This document shows, in pieces, positions 60,385-64,000 of a stretch of DNA of 64,000 nucleotides. The notes beneath the pieces are model-generated. The model searched no databases. It was not told the DNA's origin and was given only the letters and a program-made list of their open reading frames with translations. Position numbers and translations under genes: made by a program. The DNA is from Armatimonadota bacterium (lineage in GTDB: Bacteria > Armatimonadota > UBA5829 > DSUL01), in contig JBDHZC010000008.1 of the NCBI GenBank assembly GCA_039811685.1, forward strand, positions 1 through 64,000, given 5' to 3'. The first letter of the stretch is position 1. Each line of letters opens with the position of its first letter.

Positions 60385-62142
60385 ATGACTCTGGCAGGTT
60401 GCTTGCTGACGGTAATAGCGGCTGTCGCGATTGTTGCTGTACCGGCGTCGGCGACGGACAACCGGGCTCACCCCACCACATGGGCGGCTACGGACGCCCT
60501 GGGACGGACGCTGCCCACTTATGCGAAGGTGGGACCGCTTCGCAAAGACCGGTTTGTGGGAATGTTCTACTTCCTCTGGCTGGGCGCCCACGGGCAGAGC
60601 GGTCCCCACGACATCACCAAAATTCTGGCGCAGCATCCGGATGCGCTCAATCAGCCGACAAGCCCGCCCTGGGGACCCTTCCACTCCTTTCATCACTGGG
60701 GAGAGCCGCTGTTTGGATACTACGTGTCTGATGACGCGTGGGTGCTGCGCAAACATGCGCAGATGCTGTCGGACGCGGGCGTGGATACGGTCATCTTTGA
60801 TGTGACGAATCAGTCCACCTATCCAAAGAACTACCTGGCGCTTTGCCGGGTCTGGACCGAGGTGAGAAAAGATGGCGGGCGCACACCTCAGATAGCGTTT
60901 CTGTGTCCGTTCGGAGATGCGAAAAAGGTGGTGAGAGAGCTCTACGACAACTTCTACGGCAAGGGGTTGTACAGAGACCTGTGGTTTATCTGGAAGGGTA
61001 AGCCGCTGATTATTGCTGATCCCGCAACGGTGGATGAGGACCTGCGAGGCTTCTTCACATTCCGCAAATCGCAGTCTACTTACTTCGACCCGCCAACCGG
61101 TCCGGACCAGTGGAGCTGGTTGCAGGTGTATCCCCAGCATGTCTTCAAGAACTCCGCGGATGAGGTGGAAGAGATGGCGGTGGGTGTGGCCCAGAACGCT
61201 CAGAACGCCAAACGCCTTGCGTCTATGAGCGAGCCGAACGCCGCCGGGCGAAGCTGGCACAACGGACACGAAGACACCCGTCCGGGCGCGGTGAATCTCG
61301 GCCTCAACTACGCGGAGCAGTGGCGGCGGGCGCTGGAGGTGGATCCGGAGTTCGTCTTTGTCACAGGATGGAATGAGTGGGTGGCGCTGTGGCTGAACAG
61401 CTTCTGGGGTGTGGAGCTGCCGGTGATGTTTGTGGATGAGTTCAACCAGGAGTACAGCCGGGATATCGAGCCGATGCGGGGCGGGCACTGGGACAACTAC
61501 TACTACCAGACCGTGGACTTCATCCGCCGCTACAAGGGCGCTGAAGCGCTGCGGCCGGCCTCTCGGATGAAGACCATCGAGATAGACGGCCGCTTTGACG
61601 ACTGGAGAGACGTAAGGCCGGAGTACCGAGATGACGCCGGTGACACGATGCACAGAAACCACAAGGGTTGGGGTGATGAAGGTCAGTATATCAACACGAC
61701 GGGACGCAACGACATTGTTCGGTGCAAGGTGGCGCGGGATGACACAAATGTGTACTTCTATGTCAGGACGCGGGAAGCTCTGACGGCGCATACGGACCCG
61801 GCGTGGATGTGGCTGCTGATCAACGCAGACTCAGACCCCGCAAGCGGCTGGGAGGGCTTTGACTACATCGTGAATCGCGAAGTCAAGAGCGGCGACACGA
61901 CGCTGTTGGAACGCAGCAGATCGGGCTGGAATTGGGAGAAGACTGCCGAAGTTCGCTACAAAGTGCGCGGTAGTGAGATGGAGCTGGCGATTCCGCGAGC
62001 GGCGCTTGGTCTTGAAAACGCGCCGCTGAAGTTTGAGTTCAAGTGGGCGGATAACGTGCAGAAGCCAGGCGATGTGATGGAGTTTCTGCTGAGCGGTGAC
62101 ACAGCGCCCAACGCCCGCTTTGCGTACCGCTTCGCAGAATAG
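60385..62142 (+). CDS. Secreted GH99/GH71-like glycoside hydrolase with C-terminal beta-sandwich
   Basis: Signal peptide; VGMFYFLW, WGEPLFGYY, HAQMLSDAGVD, TGWNEW, SRDIEP; IDGRFDDW domain. Confidence 0.72.
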   Translation: MTLAGCLLTVIAAVAIVAVPASATDNRAHPTTWAATDALGRTLPTYAKVGPLRKDRFVGMFYFLWLGAHGQSGPHDITKILAQHPDALNQPTSPPWGPFHSFHHWGEPLFGYYVSDDAWVLRKHAQMLSDAGVDTVIFDVTNQSTYPKNYLALCRVWTEVRKDGGRTPQIAFLCPFGDAKKVVRELYDNFYGKGLYRDLWFIWKGKPLIIADPATVDEDLRGFFTFRKSQSTYFDPPTGPDQWSWLQVYPQHVFKNSADEVEEMAVGVAQNAQNAKRLASMSEPNAAGRSWHNGHEDTRPGAVNLGLNYAEQWRRALEVDPEFVFVTGWNEWVALWLNSFWGVELPVMFVDEFNQEYSRDIEPMRGGHWDNYYYQTVDFIRRYKGAEALRPASRMKTIEIDGRFDDWRDVRPEYRDDAGDTMHRNHKGWGDEGQYINTTGRNDIVRCKVARDDTNVYFYVRTREALTAHTDPAWMWLLINADSDPASGWEGFDYIVNREVKSGDTTLLERSRSGWNWEKTAEVRYKVRGSEMELAIPRAALGLENAPLKFEFKWADNVQKPGDVMEFLLSGDTAPNARFAYRFAE

Positions 62143-62179
62143 CGGATTCTTCCACCTTTTGGCCTCGACCTGAGCGCGC

Positions 62180-63313
62180 TCACACAGGCACCTCGGCCCA
62201 CGCACCTGGCCTTTCATAACAGGTGTCTATGATGCGTTCTACGGCGAGGGCGTCGGAGAATGAGGGGGAACCTGGTTCGCCTGCGACAACGCGTCTGACA
62301 AACTCGTGTATGCTCTGAATGTGAAAGCGCGGCCAGCCAACGGTGAGCTTTGGTCCGGGCATGACGGCGGGCGCGGGGTAGCGCTGCACGCTTTCAATGC
62401 GCAAAAAGCCCTTGTTCCCACCAAGGGGCGCATCCGGCGGCGTGTTGTCGTAGAAGTTCAGCCAGTTCGGGTCCATCAGATTGAAAGTGAACGCCCCCCG
62501 GTCGCCGCGGACTTCCAGAGTGAGCTCGTCATTTGCTCCGGTGGCGAGTTTTGAGGCTTCCAGCGTGCCGAGGGCGCCGTTTTTCAGCTCTGCGATGATG
62601 CAGGTTGCGTCGTCACCTGTCACTGGTTTCATCTGGCCTGTTACAGGATCCGGACGCTCGCGGATCTGCGTGAACGGGTGCGCCAGAACGCGCTCGAAGT
62701 CGCCGAGCAGCCAGCGCGCCAGATCAAGAATGTGCGATCCAAGGTCCACCAGCACGCCGCCTCCCTGCGTCCTGTCCGTCTTCCAGGGCATGGGTTTAGC
62801 GTGGTCAACATTGCTGGAGTGGATGTAGCGGAAGCAGAACGTGAAGACGCGCCCTATGCGACCTTCATCCATCAGCTCGCGCGCGCGCATGAGCGCGGGG
62901 ACGAACCTGTAGTTGTGGGCCATCATGCGCGTGCGGGGTAAGCAGGAACGCTTCTCGGCGCTGATAACTTCCTCGGCCTGGCTTAGACGACCGGTGAGCG
63001 GCTTGTCGCAGTAGATGTGCTTGCCGGCCTCAATAGCGGCGATGAGAACATCCTTGTGAACGCTGTTTGGCGCACAGCAGTTGATGACGTCAATATCGTC
63101 ACGCGAAATGAGCTCCTGCCAGTCGGCCGTAGCGAACTCATACCCGCCCTGCTCTACTGCCAGACGCTGGGACTCCGGGTTGCGGACAGCTACTCCGACC
63201 AGGCGTATTCTGGCTGGTAGCGGCTCAAAAAGCATAGGCAGAGACTTGTAGCTGTGGGTGTGAATCCTGCCCATGAAGCCGTAGCCGACCGTTCCAACGT
63301 TGAGAGTCTGCAT
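62180..63313 (-). CDS. Gfo/Idh/MocA family oxidoreductase
   Basis: VGYGFMGRIH, GKHIYCDKPL, GGVLVDLGSHILD. Start moved to ATG 63313. Confidence 0.92.
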   Translation of the reverse strand: MQTLNVGTVGYGFMGRIHTHSYKSLPMLFEPLPARIRLVGVAVRNPESQRLAVEQGGYEFATADWQELISRDDIDVINCCAPNSVHKDVLIAAIEAGKHIYCDKPLTGRLSQAEEVISAEKRSCLPRTRMMAHNYRFVPALMRARELMDEGRIGRVFTFCFRYIHSSNVDHAKPMPWKTDRTQGGGVLVDLGSHILDLARWLLGDFERVLAHPFTQIRERPDPVTGQMKPVTGDDATCIIAELKNGALGTLEASKLATGANDELTLEVRGDRGAFTFNLMDPNWLNFYDNTPPDAPLGGNKGFLRIESVQRYPAPAVMPGPKLTVGWPRFHIQSIHEFVRRVVAGEPGSPSFSDALAVERIIDTCYERPGAWAEVPV

Positions 63314-63348
63314 GTGGAGCCTTTCCTGCTGGCGTTCGTGTTTCGGAG

Positions 63349-64000
63349 CTACGAGGTAATGTCTCTTACCCAGTCTCGCGAATCTGGCACATCCATCCAA
63401 ACGGAGCCCTGCTGAATGGACTGCTGGCTTATGAGTCCTGGCAGCACGATATCCATAGCCTGATGAATGCCAAGTGGTGGCTCGCTTCCGGTGACGATTG
63501 CTTCAACGAAATCCTGAACCTGCATGTAGTCCCCACCCCAGTGTCCGGATTCCAGCGCCTCTTTGGGTGGGTTCAGCCAGTTCTCCGGCAGAAACTCCTC
63601 AGCGAAGTCCGACAGCTTCTGCCACACCATTTCTCCAGTGCGCTCTGCAAGCCAGATCTTGGGTTCGTCTCCCAGACCGCGCGCGGCCTCGTAGCACCCA
63701 GTTGTCCCCTGTAGAGAGTAGTAGCCCATGTTGTGCGGGCGGTTGGAGAGCATGTCCAGGCGCAGATTGATCAGGCCACCATTTTCGGTGCGGCACATTG
63801 TGAACGTGCTGTCTTCGTTTTCATACTCATCGCCCCGCGGATCAAGATAGTGGTGGCCTGTGCCCGCGCACATCACACTGACGACCCGCTCGCCCATCCA
63901 CTGATACAGTGGCCCCAGGCTATGTGTCGGATAGGTGTTTCCATTGACGCCGGTATGCCACCTGCGGCGCCACTTTGTGATCTCGTTCAAGCCTTTCAGC
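63349..64000 (-). CDS. Gfo/Idh/MocA family oxidoreductase (GH109-like), 3' part; starts outside the window
   Basis: YPTHSLGP, YYSLQGT, GHWGGDY motifs; the frame stays open to the window edge. Confidence 0.8.
   Translation of the reverse strand, partial: LKGLNEITKWRRRWHTGVNGNTYPTHSLGPLYQWMGERVVSVMCAGTGHHYLDPRGDEYENEDSTFTMCRTENGGLINLRLDMLSNRPHNMGYYSLQGTTGCYEAARGLGDEPKIWLAERTGEMVWQKLSDFAEEFLPENWLNPPKEALESGHWGGDYMQVQDFVEAIVTGSEPPLGIHQAMDIVLPGLISQQSIQQGSVWMDVPDSRDWVRDITS

Noticed and set aside
60256..61791. N-terminal 512 aa of the 824-aa minus-strand ORF
   Set aside because: Antisense shadow of the real plus-strand gene at 60385-62142; the true gene starts at 60255 with a signal peptide.
1..64000. 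Many long antisense or alternate-frame ORFs (e.g. 8380-9381, 11305-12462, 24123-25133, 37812-38765, 51396-52670)
   Set aside because: They overlap well-supported genes and show no recognisable motifs, as expected in GC-rich DNA.
1..64000. tRNA, rRNA, CRISPR, IS/integrase, prophage or defence genes
   Set aside because: None recognised on either strand by manual reading; short or divergent elements could have been missed.

Overview
Bacterial chromosomal window, GC-rich by eye, most likely Armatimonadota (inferred from protein-family resemblance, not verified). From left to right, it opens with the core information-processing block rpoB-rpoC-rpsL-rpsG-fusA-tuf on the minus strand; tuf is truncated at the edge and was missed by the ORF track. 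RpoB and RpoC carry several lineage-specific insertions. Next are four secreted or hypothetical proteins, two of which (a multidomain amidase and a CBM-like protein) share an unannotated ~200-aa C-terminal module. Then come gltBD behind a clear sigma70 promoter and a ~430-nt hairpin-rich leader, a UroD-like protein and a class III aminotransferase. A 13-gene minus-strand run follows: a DUF5658-like gene, a PilMNOPQ/PilB/PilC + GspG-like type IV filament (T2SS/T4P) cluster and a membrane GAF/HD-GYP gene. After that come carbohydrate genes (CBM-like, PfkB, GH38), efp-[membrane Cys-rich protein]-accB-accC-nusB-folD, a large SpoIVB-peptidase/beta-propeller fusion, TPR and Rrf2 genes, two glycosidase-like genes and two Gfo/Idh/MocA oxidoreductases. 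No tRNA, rRNA, CRISPR array or mobile element was recognised. The best leads are the shared C-terminal module (a possible surface-sorting signal), the c-di-GMP-linked secretion/pilus operon, the structured gltB and rpsL leaders, and a helical insertion in the RpoC trigger loop. All calls come from reading the sequence; no database search was run.
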